From positions 1,440,001 to 1,504,000 of the forward strand of contig OZ219747.1 in NCBI GenBank assembly GCA_964291265.2: a stretch of DNA of 64,000 nucleotides, given 5' to 3'. Each line of letters begins with the position of its first letter. The first letter of the stretch is position 1. The notes beneath the pieces are model-generated. The model saw nothing but the letters and a program-made list of their open reading frames with translations. It was not told the DNA's origin and made no database searches. This DNA is from Alphaproteobacteria bacterium. Lineage in GTDB: Bacteria; Pseudomonadota; Alphaproteobacteria; SP197. This document shows positions 1-10,574 of the stretch, piece by piece. The position numbers and the translations under genes are program-made.

Positions 1-130
1 GGCCTACCAGAGGTTCATGCCGAGAGCCTGGGAGCTCGTCACCGACAGCCTCGGCTGTCATCATCTGGCGCCTCTGGTGGCATGGCTCGACCGCTGGGTC
101 CCGCAGCAGGCGCGGCGAGGCGTGGCATGA
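1..130 (+). CDS. 3' end of aminoglycoside phosphotransferase-family protein (AmgK-like), partial
   Basis: Frame 2 reads AYQRFMPRAWELVTDSLGCHHLAPLVAWLDRWVP...*; its TGA overlaps the murU ATG (ATGA); amgK-murU is a conserved pairing. Confidence 0.6.
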   Translation, partial: AYQRFMPRAWELVTDSLGCHHLAPLVAWLDRWVPQQARRGVA

Positions 131-858
131 CGGCCCTGAAACGCGCCATGATCCTTGCTGCCGGGCGGGGGAAGCGCATGCGGCCGCTGAGCGATCGCAT
201 GCCCAAACCCGTCATTCCCGTCGCCGGACAATCCGCGCTCGACCGCATGCTGGACAGGCTGGCCGGTTTCGAGTGTGTGGTGATCAACGCCTGGCATCTT
301 GCCGAAAAGATCGAGGCGGCTGTGGCCACCCGGCGCGAGCCACCGGTGGTGGTGGTGCGTGAGGAGCGTGTTCTGGGCACCGGTGGAGGGGTGGCGAACG
401 CCCTTGCACTCCTCGGTGATGAGCCCTTTCTTGTCGCCAACGGCGATGTCTTCCTCGGCGAATCGCCCGGCCCCCCGGTCCTGGGAACCCTGGCCGGGGC
501 ATGGGACGGCGACAGCACGGATGCCCTGCTGCTTCTGGTGGAAAGGGAGCGCGCCTGGGGTTACCGCTACGCGGGGGACTTCGCCATGACTGACGGGAAC
601 CGTCTTCTTGCCCGGGGTGGGCGCGACTCCGCACCCTATGTCTACGCCAGCCTGCAGATCGTCCATCCCCGGCTCTTCGAGGGAGCGCCTGAAGGTCCTT
701 TCTCCTTCACTCTCCTGTGGGACCGGGCAGCTCGGCGCGGGAGGCTCCGCGGCGTGGCGTGGCGTGGCGGCTGGATGACGGTCGATACCGTCGACAACCT
801 TGCCGCAGCCGGCGACTGGCTTGCCGCGCCGGACAGGAATCGTGAACAGGTGGTTTGA
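127..858 (+). CDS. murU: Nucleotidyltransferase (MurNAc-1-phosphate uridylyltransferase MurU-like)
   Basis: AMILAAGRGKRMRPLSDRMPKP, LGTGGGV and NGDV motifs. Confidence 0.85.
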   Translation: MTALKRAMILAAGRGKRMRPLSDRMPKPVIPVAGQSALDRMLDRLAGFECVVINAWHLAEKIEAAVATRREPPVVVVREERVLGTGGGVANALALLGDEPFLVANGDVFLGESPGPPVLGTLAGAWDGDSTDALLLLVERERAWGYRYAGDFAMTDGNRLLARGGRDSAPYVYASLQIVHPRLFEGAPEGPFSFTLLWDRAARRGRLRGVAWRGGWMTVDTVDNLAAAGDWLAAPDRNREQVV

Positions 859-934
859 CCAGGACCATTCTTTTGTCGGGCCTGTGGATTGTTGATGCGA
901 CAGGGACCTGGCATGGTTGAGGCGCCCCGGGTTC

Positions 935-1700
935 ACTGTGGGCTGGTTTCAGGGCGGCGAACTGAGCGAATGCGCTCACGCCGCGGTAGCCGGCGAGCCG
1001 GGCTGCGACGGCGATCGCGAGAATGGTTCTCAGCGGATAGCGCTTGCCCCGGGGCTTGCGGCACTCGGGCACCTCGCCCAGGCAGGCGAACAGGCTGCGC
1101 AGCCCGGACGAGGCCATCGGCCCGGCATGGTCGTGCTGCTTGAGCGTTCCAGCTCTCCGGGATCGCGTCCCGGCTCAGCGCCTCGGCAGCGCCGTCGGTC
1201 AGTTCGTCCATGAAGATCTCCCTGGGCTGGCTGTGGCGGGGCAAGCGCGCGGAGCCGCCGGGCTTGCGACCGAAGCCTGAGCGATAGCAGGTTCCGGCGA
1301 AGCGCTTGATGTCGACGAACGTCTCCGCGAGGAACACCTGGATATCCGTGCGCGGCCTCGACATTGAGCGGACAGCCGCCGCAGGCTTGAGGCCGGGCAC
1401 GCTCAGACGCCAGGTTCGGCACCCTTCGGGCCAGGAATGGCGAACCGGGAATTGTTCGCGATCAAGTGCAGGCGCCGGAACTGCTGCTCAAGCAGTCCAG
1501 CCGATCCAGCGGTTGCGTGCAGCAAGCTTGAACTCAGCCCGGCTGCCAGCCGACCAGCGCCACCGAGGTCTCGCCCGCCAGAGCGACGTGGCGCAGGTTC
1601 CTTTCCGATGATGCCCGAGAAACCTCAGGTCGTGATGCTCCTTGACCAGACGATCCCAGAGCCGGTGCTCACGTGCTCCACGGGTCGGGTTTGACCGTCA
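935..1700 (-). pseudogene. Decayed DUF4338 + ISAs1 (DDE_Tnp_1-associated) transposase
   Basis: Fragments in different frames: ARNRWIGW, ANNSRF..VPNLAS, LAETFVDIKRFAGTCYR, LRSLFACLGEVPECRKPRGKRYPLRTILAIAVAARLAG. Confidence 0.75.
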
Positions 1701-1896
1701 CCACAGCGAAGGTCGATGAGGGAATCCGGGTTCGCAAGCGTCGTCATGCCGGCACACTGCCAGGGCGAAAATCAGCCTGCGCCGAGTTCCGGGACGACAA
1801 CGGAAAAGTCTTGGTCGAGCCGGCGGGGGAATTGCATTCCCGGCGGCCGGATGGTACGAATATCCGACTTTCCAACATTGGTCGCGGGGGGCCGCC

Positions 1897-2190
1897 ATGC
1901 CATTCGTCACGGTGAAGGCGAAGTTCCAGGTCACCATTCCGGCCGGGTTGCGCAAGGACATTGATCTTCGCGAAGGCGACCTCATGGAGGCGACGCTCGT
2001 GAGCGACGGAATCCTGCTGAGGCCCAAGGAGGTGGTGGACCGCAAGGCAGCGGCCAACCGGATCGCCGCAACGCTTGCGGTGGCCCGGCCTTCGTCCAGG
2101 GATCGCGGGCTCACCGAGGACGAGATCATGGAGGAGACGGTCGCGGAGATATCCGCCTCGCGCCGTGAGCGCCGCGCCCGTGCTGGATGA
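1897..2190 (+). CDS. AbrB/MazE-family antitoxin
   Basis: VTVKAKFQVTIPAGLRKDIDLREGD motif; ATGA overlap with the downstream PIN gene. Confidence 0.85.
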   Translation: MPFVTVKAKFQVTIPAGLRKDIDLREGDLMEATLVSDGILLRPKEVVDRKAAANRIAATLAVARPSSRDRGLTEDEIMEETVAEISASRRERRARAG

Positions 2191-2564
2191 AGGTCGTGCT
2201 GGATTGCCATGTCGTGGTGGCGGCGGCGCGAACCGACGGCGCGTGCCGCAAAGCGATCGACAGGGTGATGCGGGATCACGAGCTCATCCTGTCGGAATAC
2301 GAAACGGTTGCCGCTCGGCCCGCCCAGGCGTCCTGCCGCGAAGCCCTGGAAGTGGTCATCCGGGAGATCGCGCGTCTGGCGGTCACGGTTGAGCCGGCGG
2401 ACCGCGCATTCGGCCTGCGCGACCCCGACGACGAGGTTTATCTGGCGACTGCCGCGGCCGGCGGCGCGATCCCTGTCACCGGCAATGTGCGGGATTTCAC
2501 GAAGCCGCGCTACGGGCCTGTCGAGATATGGTCGCCGCGCGTGTTTCTCGACCGCATGAGCTGA
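2187..2564 (+). CDS. PIN-domain toxin (putative TA toxin component)
   Basis: MKVVLD, RDPDDEVYLATA and VTGNVRDF motifs. Confidence 0.8.
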   Translation: MKVVLDCHVVVAAARTDGACRKAIDRVMRDHELILSEYETVAARPAQASCREALEVVIREIARLAVTVEPADRAFGLRDPDDEVYLATAAAGGAIPVTGNVRDFTKPRYGPVEIWSPRVFLDRMS

Positions 2565-2569
2565 TCGGG

Positions 2570-2990
2570 CTTCGGCTTGGTCCATCGCCTCACGGCACGC
2601 TGAAACCGGCACTGGCCAGGGCCGGGCGGACCGCACCAATGACTTTTTGGGGCAGGGTGCGCCGCGGGCGGCCACGTGACGCCGAGGCTGCGAGTTTCTG
2701 GATGTGCACCGCGCCTCGGACTCGCTCGCCGGCAGAGGCGTTGATGCTCTCGTTGAGGGATGTCGATCGCCGCCCCGACAAGGCGGATAGCAGCGGTTGG
2801 CGTCGGAGAGCATCCGGGGCGAGGGCCGGCCCAGGACCGCCTTCACGCTGTCTGCGTTCAACTCCGGCAGGGTGTGGCTGAGGGTCTCGCCGCCACGGTT
2901 GGCGGCGACCGGGACCGGCACCTGCCAAGCGTTTGAGGTCGCGCTTCCTGGCCTTGCCGCCGCGCCGGCGCCTGCCTGACAAGCCTTCAG
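2570..2990 (-). pseudogene. IS1595-family transposase remnant
   Basis: Fragments [25 protein letters not shown] and ESINASAGERVRGAVHIQ in shifting frames. Confidence 0.65.
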
Positions 2991-3110
2991 GAAGCGCGGC
3001 TGCCCTTTCGACTGTCTGCACCCAGAAGATCGCGGGCCGCATCGTCCAAATCAGCCTGCGCCGAGCTCCGGGGCGACAACAGAAAGGTCTTGGTGGTTTG
3101 ACCGTTCCGC

Positions 3111-3138
3111 TTGACGGGCGTCGTCGCGCTTCTAGATT
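3111..3138 (+). promoter_or_regulatory. Putative sigma70 promoter of trxA
   Basis: TTGACG-N16-TAGATT, about 60 bp upstream of the trxA start. Confidence 0.4.
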
Positions 3139-3196
3139 GGTAGCCGCTGCGTCTGCACGACACACAACCCGGCGCACGTCTCGGAAGGGAACACTC

Positions 3197-3517
3197 ATGA
3201 CCATTCGTCACGTCACCGATGATTCGTTCGAGGAGGACGTCCTCCAGGCGTCCGGACCCGTGCTGGTCGATTTCTGGGCCGAATGGTGCGGTCCGTGCAA
3301 GCAGATCGCGCCGACGCTCGAGGACCTTGCCCGACACTACCAGGACAAGGTCCGGGTGGTGAAGGTCAACATCGACGAGAATCCGTCCACACCGTCACGC
3401 TACGGTGTGCGCGGCATCCCCACGATCATGATGTTCAAGGCCGGAGAAGTGGCAGCGGTCAAGGTGGGCGCGCTGCCGAAGAGCCGGCTCTTCGAGTGGG
3501 TCGACAATTCCATGTGA
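3197..3517 (+). CDS. trxA: Thioredoxin
   Basis: [12 protein letters not shown]; RBS GAAGGG upstream. Confidence 0.97.
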   Translation: MTIRHVTDDSFEEDVLQASGPVLVDFWAEWCGPCKQIAPTLEDLARHYQDKVRVVKVNIDENPSTPSRYGVRGIPTIMMFKAGEVAAVKVGALPKSRLFEWVDNSM

Positions 3518-3546
3518 GACAGCGTCGGCCGCAGGCACGACCGGAC

Positions 3547-4866
3547 ATGACATCACCCCCGGACTGTCCGGATCCAAGGTGGATTGATGTCCTGATTCCC
3601 GACATGTGGGGGATCCCCCGTGGCAAGCGTCTGGACGCCTCGGCCATGGAGAAGGTCCTGACGACGGGAATCGTGCTCCCCGGGTCCACCTACGCGATGG
3701 ACATGCAGGGCAACAATGTCGAAAGCACCGGCGTAGGTTTTGCCGACGGCGATCCCGACTATCCCTGCCATGCCGTCAGCGAAACCCTGGCTCCGGTGCC
3801 GTGGCTGGGCTCGGATCATGTTCAGGTCGTGCTGTCGATGTGTGACGCCTCGGCCCGGCCCTGGTGGCTCGACCCGCGTCACATCGTCAAGCGCATGGTC
3901 ACGTCTCTCGGCGCACTGGGGTACCGGGCCAGGGTTGCCTTCGAACTGGAGTTCTACCTGGTCGAACGCGACAGGGACGGCACACTGCACATGGCGCCAC
4001 CGCCCGGCAGCAGCCAGCGGCCGTCCGAGACCCAGGTCTACCTGATGGATGATGTCGAGGCCTATGGGCCGATTCTGGGCGACATGGTGACAACATGCCG
4101 CAGGCAGAACATTCCGGCGGACGTCATCACCATGGAGTACGCACCGGCACAGTTCGAAATCAATCTTCACTACGGTGACGATCCCCTGACTGCCTGCGAT
4201 CACGCCTTCCTGATGAAACGCGCCATCAAGGCCGTCGCCAGGTCGCACGGCATGACAGCGACATTCATGGCGCGGCCGTTCGATGGTTTCGCCGCCAGCG
4301 GCGCGCACGTCCATATCTCGCTCCTCGACGACGAGGGACGCAATGTCTTCGATGACGGCAGCGACGAGGGAAGCGACATCATGCGCCATGCCGTTGCCGG
4401 TCTCGCGGCCACGATGGGCGAGGCGATGCCGATCTGGGCGCCCGGCGCCAACTCATACAGGCGCCTTGCCCCGGGGGGTTGGGTGTCGCTGGCGGCAAGC
4501 TGGGGATACAACAACCGCGACATGTCCCTGCGCATTCCCGGCGGCGCTGCCTCGGGACGCAGGATCGAACACCGCACCGCCGGCGCCGATGCCAACCCCT
4601 ACCTCGTCCTGGCGGCGATCCTTGCCGGTCTCAACCACGGCCTTTCGAACCGATTGGATCCGGGTCCGCCCGCCAGCGCCGACCCGGCCGCCCTGCCGGT
4701 GCTCTGGGTCGATGCGCTTCGTTCCTTCGATCAGGCGGGTGTTCTACCCGGATACTTCACACCGGAGTGGTGGAAGGTCTACAGCGCCCTCGCCTGGTCG
4801 GAGTTCCACGCCTTCAACAGCCACGTCACGACGCTGGAGCAGGACCGGTTCCTCACCCTCGTGTGA
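3547..4866 (+). CDS. Glutamine synthetase-family protein (gamma-glutamyl-amine ligase, PuuA-like)
   Basis: GIPRGKR, AFELEFYL, EYAPAQFEIN, GAHVHISL and RIEHRTAGADANPYL motifs. Confidence 0.85.
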   Translation: MTSPPDCPDPRWIDVLIPDMWGIPRGKRLDASAMEKVLTTGIVLPGSTYAMDMQGNNVESTGVGFADGDPDYPCHAVSETLAPVPWLGSDHVQVVLSMCDASARPWWLDPRHIVKRMVTSLGALGYRARVAFELEFYLVERDRDGTLHMAPPPGSSQRPSETQVYLMDDVEAYGPILGDMVTTCRRQNIPADVITMEYAPAQFEINLHYGDDPLTACDHAFLMKRAIKAVARSHGMTATFMARPFDGFAASGAHVHISLLDDEGRNVFDDGSDEGSDIMRHAVAGLAATMGEAMPIWAPGANSYRRLAPGGWVSLAASWGYNNRDMSLRIPGGAASGRRIEHRTAGADANPYLVLAAILAGLNHGLSNRLDPGPPASADPAALPVLWVDALRSFDQAGVLPGYFTPEWWKVYSALAWSEFHAFNSHVTTLEQDRFLTLV

Positions 4867-4876
4867 TCCCCTCCGG

Positions 4877-6181
4877 TCAGCCGTTGACGCCGAGAACCCG
4901 TCCGGCGAGATAGAGTGAACCGCACACCAGGACACGTGACGTCTGCGTGGGAGAGTCCGCAAGGCAGATGATGGCATCCTCGATGCCCGGGGCCACCGTT
5001 GCTGCCACGCCTTCTGCCGCAAGAACGGAACGGGCCGCCGCGGCGTCAAGCGTGTTCTTTTCGCCTGGAATGGAGACGGCGACGGCGCGCCGGATGAAGG
5101 GAGCGAGCGGACGGATGAAACCCGCCGGGTCCTTCGTGTTCATCATGCCGATGACCACGTCGAGGGGGCGGTCGCGCCAGGTGCGTGCCATGTCGGCGAG
5201 GACGCAACCGGCCGCCGGATTGTGGCCACCGTCGAGCCACAGTTCCTTCCCGCAGCCCAGTCTTTCCACCAGGCGTCCCGATTCCAGGCGCTGCAGCCGC
5301 GCTGGCCATCGGACCTGCAGCATGCCGGCCGCGAGGGCTTCATCATCGGGAGCCAGGCGCCCGGTGAGGCCAAGAGCGACGACGGCGGTCGCCGCGTTGG
5401 CCAATTGATGGCGGCCCGCCAGTGCCGGCACCGGCAGAACCATTCGCCTGCCCCCTTGCGGTATCACCTCGAAGCGGCCGCCGGTTCCTTCATGAAAGTC
5501 GAAATCGCGGCGCGCCACGACGGCCGGAGCCCCCAGCGCGCCGGCCCGGTCAAGGAGAACCTGCAGGGCCTCGTCGTTCTGGGGGGCGATGACGACAGGA
5601 ACGGCGCTCTTGATGATGCCCGCCTTCTCGCCCGCGATGGCGGCGAGCGTGGTGCCGAGAAACTGCTGGTGATCCAGCGACACCGGCGTGATGATCGTGA
5701 CCAGCGGTTGGTCGATGACATTGGTGGCGTCGAGCCTGCCGCCGAGTCCGGTCTCGAGAAGCAGGATGTCCGCCGGTTCCCGGGCAAACGCCAGGTAGGC
5801 GGCGGCGGTGGTGATCTCGAAGAAGGTGATCGGTTCGCCGCCGTTGGCGGCCTCGCATTCTTCGAGCAGGGACATGAGCCGATCCTCTTCGATCACATGA
5901 CCAGCGATCTCGATTCTCTCGTGGAATCGCACGAGGTGCGGGGAGGTGTAGACGTGGACCGTGCGTCCGGCGGCCATGAGCGCCGCCCGCATGTAGGCGA
6001 TGACCGATCCCTTGCCGTTGGTTCCGGCCACGTGGACAACGCTAGGCAGACGCCGGTGCGGCTCGCCGAGGTGTTCGAGGAGTCCGTGGAGGCGGTCGAG
6101 TGAAAGGTCGATGCGCTTGGGATGAAGCCGCATCAACCTTTCGAGAACGACATCACTTCCCGCCAGGGAGGCGTTCGGCAT
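4877..6181 (-). CDS. folC: Folylpolyglutamate synthase/dihydrofolate synthase
   Basis: HVAGTNGKGS, ETGLGGRLDATN, LDGGHNP and CGSLYLAG motifs. Confidence 0.96.
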   Translation of the reverse strand: MPNASLAGSDVVLERLMRLHPKRIDLSLDRLHGLLEHLGEPHRRLPSVVHVAGTNGKGSVIAYMRAALMAAGRTVHVYTSPHLVRFHERIEIAGHVIEEDRLMSLLEECEAANGGEPITFFEITTAAAYLAFAREPADILLLETGLGGRLDATNVIDQPLVTIITPVSLDHQQFLGTTLAAIAGEKAGIIKSAVPVVIAPQNDEALQVLLDRAGALGAPAVVARRDFDFHEGTGGRFEVIPQGGRRMVLPVPALAGRHQLANAATAVVALGLTGRLAPDDEALAAGMLQVRWPARLQRLESGRLVERLGCGKELWLDGGHNPAAGCVLADMARTWRDRPLDVVIGMMNTKDPAGFIRPLAPFIRRAVAVSIPGEKNTLDAAAARSVLAAEGVAATVAPGIEDAIICLADSPTQTSRVLVCGSLYLAGRVLGVNG

Positions 6182-7061
6182 CGTGCACGGCCGGCTGCGG
6201 AAGGTGCCGGGACCCTGCCGGCATGAGGTGACTGAGCAGAATGGCGATGGTGGAACGCATCTTCGAACGCGCCAACACCATGTCGAGCATGCCGTGATCG
6301 AGGAGATACTCCGAACGCTGGAATCCGTCCGGCAGTTCTTCCCTGATGGTCTCGCGGATGACCCGGGCTCCCGCGAATCCGATGATGGCGCCAGGCTCTG
6401 CGATGGAGACGTCGCCAAGCATGGCAAAGGAAGCGGTCACGCCTCCGGTCGTCGGATTGGTGAGGACGCTGATGTAGGGAAGGCCGGCATCCTTGACCTG
6501 GGCAATCGCGGTCGTCGTGCGTGCCATCTGCATCAGCGACAGGATGCCTTCCTGCATGCGGGCGCCTCCCGAAGCGGAGAAGATGACGAGGGCGCGGCGC
6601 TCGTCGACGGCGATTCTCGCGGCCTCGACGATGGCTTCTCCCAGACCCATACCCATGGAACCGCCCATGAAGTCGAAATTGAAGACGGCGACGATGGCCG
6701 GCCGACCGTCGATCATGCCGCGAGCGACGACGATGGCTTCATGCTGGCCGGTCTTCCCCTGGGCTTCCTTCAGTCGGTCCGAATAGCGCTTCCTGTCGCG
6801 AAAGCGCAACGGATCGGTGGCCACGCCAGGGAGGTCAACATCACTCCATGTGTCGTCGTCAAGGACATCCTGCAGGCGGTCGCGGGGCGCGATGCGCATG
6901 TGGTAGCCGCAGCGCGGACAGACATTGAGCGAGTCCTCGAGATCGCGGCGGAACACCATCTGATCACAGCTCGGACACTTGTCCCACAGCGTCTCTTCGC
7001 TCGGTGTCCTGCCGACAAGGTCGCGGATTTTCGGCAGGGTGAGATTCGACAGCCAGTTCAT
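6153..7061 (-). CDS. accD: Acetyl-CoA carboxylase carboxyltransferase beta subunit
   Basis: KCPSC...VCPRC zinc finger; [16 protein letters not shown] and [11 protein letters not shown] motifs. Confidence 0.96.
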   Translation of the reverse strand: MNWLSNLTLPKIRDLVGRTPSEETLWDKCPSCDQMVFRRDLEDSLNVCPRCGYHMRIAPRDRLQDVLDDDTWSDVDLPGVATDPLRFRDRKRYSDRLKEAQGKTGQHEAIVVARGMIDGRPAIVAVFNFDFMGGSMGMGLGEAIVEAARIAVDERRALVIFSASGGARMQEGILSLMQMARTTTAIAQVKDAGLPYISVLTNPTTGGVTASFAMLGDVSIAEPGAIIGFAGARVIRETIREELPDGFQRSEYLLDHGMLDMVLARSKMRSTIAILLSHLMPAGSRHLPQPAVHDAERLPGGK

Positions 7062-7885
7062 GCACGCGCCTTGCGGACATCGTGCGAGATCGCTGCGCAC
7101 AACGTCAGGGCATTGTCGATGGAGGCGTCGGTCCCCGTGTCGTTGTCGAGGCCGTCGGCCACAGCCTGGCAGAACGCCGACCCGACAACCACCGCGTCGG
7201 CAACACGGGCGACGCCGGCTGCCTGTTCGCCGTTGCGGATGCCGAACCCGACCGCGACAGGCAGGTCCGTGTGGCGACGCAGGCGGTCGACCGCGGAAGC
7301 GATGGTCTGGCTGGTCGCCGCGCGGGTGCCGGTGATGCCGGTGATCGAGACGTAGTAGACGAACCCCGAAGCATGCGCCAGGACGTCGGGAAGGCGCTTC
7401 GAGTCGGTGGTCGGTGTCGCGAGGCGTATCCAGTTGAGCCCGGCCTCGACGGCCGGAACACAGAGTTCCCGGTCTTCCTCACTCGGCAGGTCGACCAGGA
7501 TGAGGCCGTCGACACCGGCCTCGACGGCATCCTTGAGGAAGGCGTCGTTCCCGTAGGAATGGATGGGATTGTAGTATCCCATGAGAACGACGGGCGTGTC
7601 GTCGTCATGCCGACGGACCTGGCGTACGAGATCGATGGTGCCGGCCAGGGTCATGCCGGCCTTGAGCGCCCGCTGAGAGGAGGCCTGGATCACCGGCCCG
7701 TCCGCCATGGGGTCGGTAAAGGGCATGCCGATCTCGATGAGGTCGGCTCCGGCTTCGGGCAGACCGGCGACAAGACGCGCCGACAGACGCGGATCGGGAT
7801 CCCCGGCTGTCACGAAGGCAATCAGTCCGGCGCGCTGCTGCCGCGCCAGATCGGCAAAACGCCTGTCGATGCGGGTGCCGGTCAC
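7058..7885 (-). CDS. trpA: Tryptophan synthase alpha chain
   Basis: [25 protein letters not shown] and AVGFGI motifs. Confidence 0.97.
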   Translation of the reverse strand: MTGTRIDRRFADLARQQRAGLIAFVTAGDPDPRLSARLVAGLPEAGADLIEIGMPFTDPMADGPVIQASSQRALKAGMTLAGTIDLVRQVRRHDDDTPVVLMGYYNPIHSYGNDAFLKDAVEAGVDGLILVDLPSEEDRELCVPAVEAGLNWIRLATPTTDSKRLPDVLAHASGFVYYVSITGITGTRAATSQTIASAVDRLRRHTDLPVAVGFGIRNGEQAAGVARVADAVVVGSAFCQAVADGLDNDTGTDASIDNALTLCAAISHDVRKARA

Positions 7886-9090
7886 AGATCCACTCCCAGG
7901 GATTGGGCAACGGTGAACACGTCCTTGTCGCCCCTGCCGCACATATTCATGCAGATGATGTGATCGTTGGGGAGCGCCGGGGCAATCTTCATGACATGAG
8001 CGAGCGCATGGGCAGGTTCGAGGGCCGGAATGATTCCCTCGAGTCGGGAACACAGGCGAAAGGCTTCGAGAGCCTCGACATCCGTGGCCGACACGTAGCT
8101 GACTCGCCCCTGGTCCGCCAGCCACGCGTGTTCGGGGCCGATACCCGGGTAGTCGAGACCCGCCGAGATCGAATGGGCCTCGACGATCTGTCCGTCGTCG
8201 TCCTGCAGGAGGTAGGTCCGGTTGCCGTGCAGGACACCGGGCCGGCCGCCGGTGATCGATGCCGCGTGCTCGCCGCCTTCGATGCCGCGTCCGGCAGCCT
8301 CCACACCGATGATGTCGACGGTCCGGTCATCGAGAAAAGGATGGAAGAGGCCCATGGCGTTGGAGCCGCCGCCGATACAGGCGACAATGGTGTCGGGAAG
8401 ACGTCCTTCGACGCTCATCAACTGCTCCTTCGCCTCGCGTCCGATAACCGCCTGGAATTCGCGCACGAGTTCTGGATAGGGATGAGGGCCGGCCACGGTG
8501 CCGATGATGTAGAAGGTTGAATCGACGTTGGTCACCCAATCGCGCAAGGCCTCGTTGAGGGCGTCCTTGAGGCTGCGGGAACCGGACGTCACATGACGGA
8601 CCTCGGCGCCGAGGAGCTTCATGCGAAAGACATTGGGGGCCTGGCGCTCGATGTCCTTGGTCCCCATGTAGACGACGCAGGGAAGGTTGAAGCGGGCGCA
8701 TACCGTCGCCGTCGCCACGCCGTGCTGGCCCGCGCCGGTTTCTGCGATGATTCGGGTCTTGCCCATGCGCTGAGCCAGAAGGATCTGGCCGACCGTGTTG
8801 TTGATCTTGTGGGAGCCGGTGTGATTGAGTTCGTCGCGCTTGAAGTAGATGCGGGCGCCGCCAAGGTGCCGGGTCAGCCGTTCGGCGAAGTAGAGCGGAC
8901 TCGGTCTGCCGATGTAGTCCTTGCCGAGGCCGTGGAACGTGTCCCAGAACTCCGGGTCGTCGCGGGCCTCCTGCCAGGTCCGGTTCAGGTCCAGAATGAG
9001 CGGCATCAGCGTTTCGGCGACATAGCGGCCGCCGTACATGCCGAAGTGGCCGTCCTGATCCGGCCCCTGGGCGTAGGAATTGTCCATCAT
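7882..9090 (-). CDS. trpB: Tryptophan synthase beta chain
   Basis: [27 protein letters not shown] and [13 protein letters not shown] motifs. Confidence 0.98.
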   Translation of the reverse strand: MMDNSYAQGPDQDGHFGMYGGRYVAETLMPLILDLNRTWQEARDDPEFWDTFHGLGKDYIGRPSPLYFAERLTRHLGGARIYFKRDELNHTGSHKINNTVGQILLAQRMGKTRIIAETGAGQHGVATATVCARFNLPCVVYMGTKDIERQAPNVFRMKLLGAEVRHVTSGSRSLKDALNEALRDWVTNVDSTFYIIGTVAGPHPYPELVREFQAVIGREAKEQLMSVEGRLPDTIVACIGGGSNAMGLFHPFLDDRTVDIIGVEAAGRGIEGGEHAASITGGRPGVLHGNRTYLLQDDDGQIVEAHSISAGLDYPGIGPEHAWLADQGRVSYVSATDVEALEAFRLCSRLEGIIPALEPAHALAHVMKIAPALPNDHIICMNMCGRGDKDVFTVAQSLGVDL

Positions 9091-9128
9091 CGTTGCTCTG
9101 TCCGGGCGCGAACCATGCACAAGGGATA

Positions 9129-9770
9129 TCAGATAACCCGGGCCTGCTCCATAAACTCGGCGATGCGTGAGGCAGACTTGTGTCCGGGCGTTGTCTCGAC
9201 GCCCGAGGACACATCGACCATGGTGGCGCCGCTCGCCTCCACGGCTCGGCAGAGGTTGCCGGCGTCGAGACCGCCCGAGAGGATCCATGGCGAGCGCGGC
9301 CGGATGCCGGCCAGCAGCGTCCAGTCGAAGGCTGTCGCGTTGCCTCCGGGACGCGTCGCACCCCGGGGCGGCATGGCGTCGAACATGACCATGTCGGCCA
9401 CCGTGTCGAAGGATGGCAGGGATTCCAGGTCATCGGCCGTGGCCACGCGAATGACCTTCATCACCCGGACACCGAATCGCGTGCGGACATGGGCGAGTCG
9501 GCGGGCATCCTCGCTGCCGTGAAACTGGACGGTGTCGAGTTCTGCCGCCGCGATCACGGCGCCAAGCCTGTCATCGCCGGCATCGACGGTGACGCCGACC
9601 TTCTCGATGCCCCCGGGTACGTGGCGTGCCAGGGCGGCCACTTCCTCGAGGGACACGTTCCGCGGGCTCCGGTCGAAGAAGATGAATCCGATCATGCGCG
9701 CACCGTGGCGCACCGCTGCATCGAGGGCAGGCCGTTCCCTCAAGCCACAGATCTTGACGCCGAGGGCCAA
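9129..9770 (-). CDS. trpF: Phosphoribosylanthranilate isomerase
   Basis: VKICGL, FDW, LSGGL and VDVSSGVE motifs. Confidence 0.96.
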   Translation of the reverse strand: MALGVKICGLRERPALDAAVRHGARMIGFIFFDRSPRNVSLEEVAALARHVPGGIEKVGVTVDAGDDRLGAVIAAAELDTVQFHGSEDARRLAHVRTRFGVRVMKVIRVATADDLESLPSFDTVADMVMFDAMPPRGATRPGGNATAFDWTLLAGIRPRSPWILSGGLDAGNLCRAVEASGATMVDVSSGVETTPGHKSASRIAEFMEQARVI

Positions 9771-9773
9771 GGG

Positions 9774-10487
9774 TCAGGACCGGATCATGTCGGCGACTGT
9801 CCGAGCCGCAGCCGCAGCCGGGTCCAGGGCCCGGGTGATCGGGCGTCCGACGACAATGTAGGAGGCGCCGGCAGCGACGGCGTCGCCGGGAGACATGGTG
9901 CGTTTCTGGTCGTCGCACCTGTCGCCGCCAGGGCGGATGCCGGGGGAGACGACAAGGAACCCCGGTCCGCAAAGCCGTCGCACGTCAGCGATTTCACGGG
10001 GTGAACACACCACGCCGTCGACACCCGTGCCGAGGGCGAGTTCGGTCAGGCGCAACACCTGGTCACGCACCCCGCCTCGCCCGCCGGTCACTTCGACATC
10101 TTCGTCATCCATGCTCGTCAACACGGTGACGGCGAGAATCTTCGGCCGGGCATCTCCCGCCGGGGTCACCGCCTCCATGGCGGCGCACATCATGTCGGGC
10201 CCGCCGGTTGCGTGGACCGTCGTCATGAAGGGGGCGAGGGGCAGGAGGGCACGCAGTCCTCCGGCCACGGTTTCCGGGATGTCATTCAGCTTGAGATCGA
10301 GAAAGATCCGGGCCTCTTCGCCGGCGACCGCCCGGACACCGGCCGCGCCGTGGGCATAGAAGAACTCCATGCCGAACTTGAAGGCTCCGACATGGCCTTC
10401 CAGACTGGAAACCAGTGACGAAGCCCTTTCCGTGCAGGTGGTGTCGATGGCACAGACAAGGCGTGTCCTGGGGTCAGCCGATTGCAC
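9774..10487 (-). CDS. pyrF: Orotidine-5'-phosphate decarboxylase
   Basis: FLDLKLNDIPETV, VTVLTS, PGIRP, DDQKR and VVGRPI motifs; GTG start estimated. Confidence 0.93.
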   Translation of the reverse strand: MQSADPRTRLVCAIDTTCTERASSLVSSLEGHVGAFKFGMEFFYAHGAAGVRAVAGEEARIFLDLKLNDIPETVAGGLRALLPLAPFMTTVHATGGPDMMCAAMEAVTPAGDARPKILAVTVLTSMDDEDVEVTGGRGGVRDQVLRLTELALGTGVDGVVCSPREIADVRRLCGPGFLVVSPGIRPGGDRCDDQKRTMSPGDAVAAGASYIVVGRPITRALDPAAAAARTVADMIRS

Positions 10488-10574
10488 CCTGCCCTCCGCC
10501 CTGTTGTCATGGGACGAGTGTCTTGTAGGGCGCACGGAACAACAGTGCAAGACGGGCCCCTGAGCCCGGCCCTG

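Larger units (their letters stand above)
860..3092. mobile_element. Non-autonomous ISAs1-type composite element with 10-bp TSD
   Basis: Terminal IRs caggaccattcttttgtcg (860) and RC caagacctttctgttgtcg (3092), 16/19 match; flanking GTGGTTTGAC at 850-859 and 3093-3102. Confidence 0.8.

Noticed and set aside
935-1700. DUF4338 as a Druantia (DruA) defence system
   Set aside because: It is fragmented, fused to an ISAs1-associated domain inside IS ends, and no other dru genes are present.
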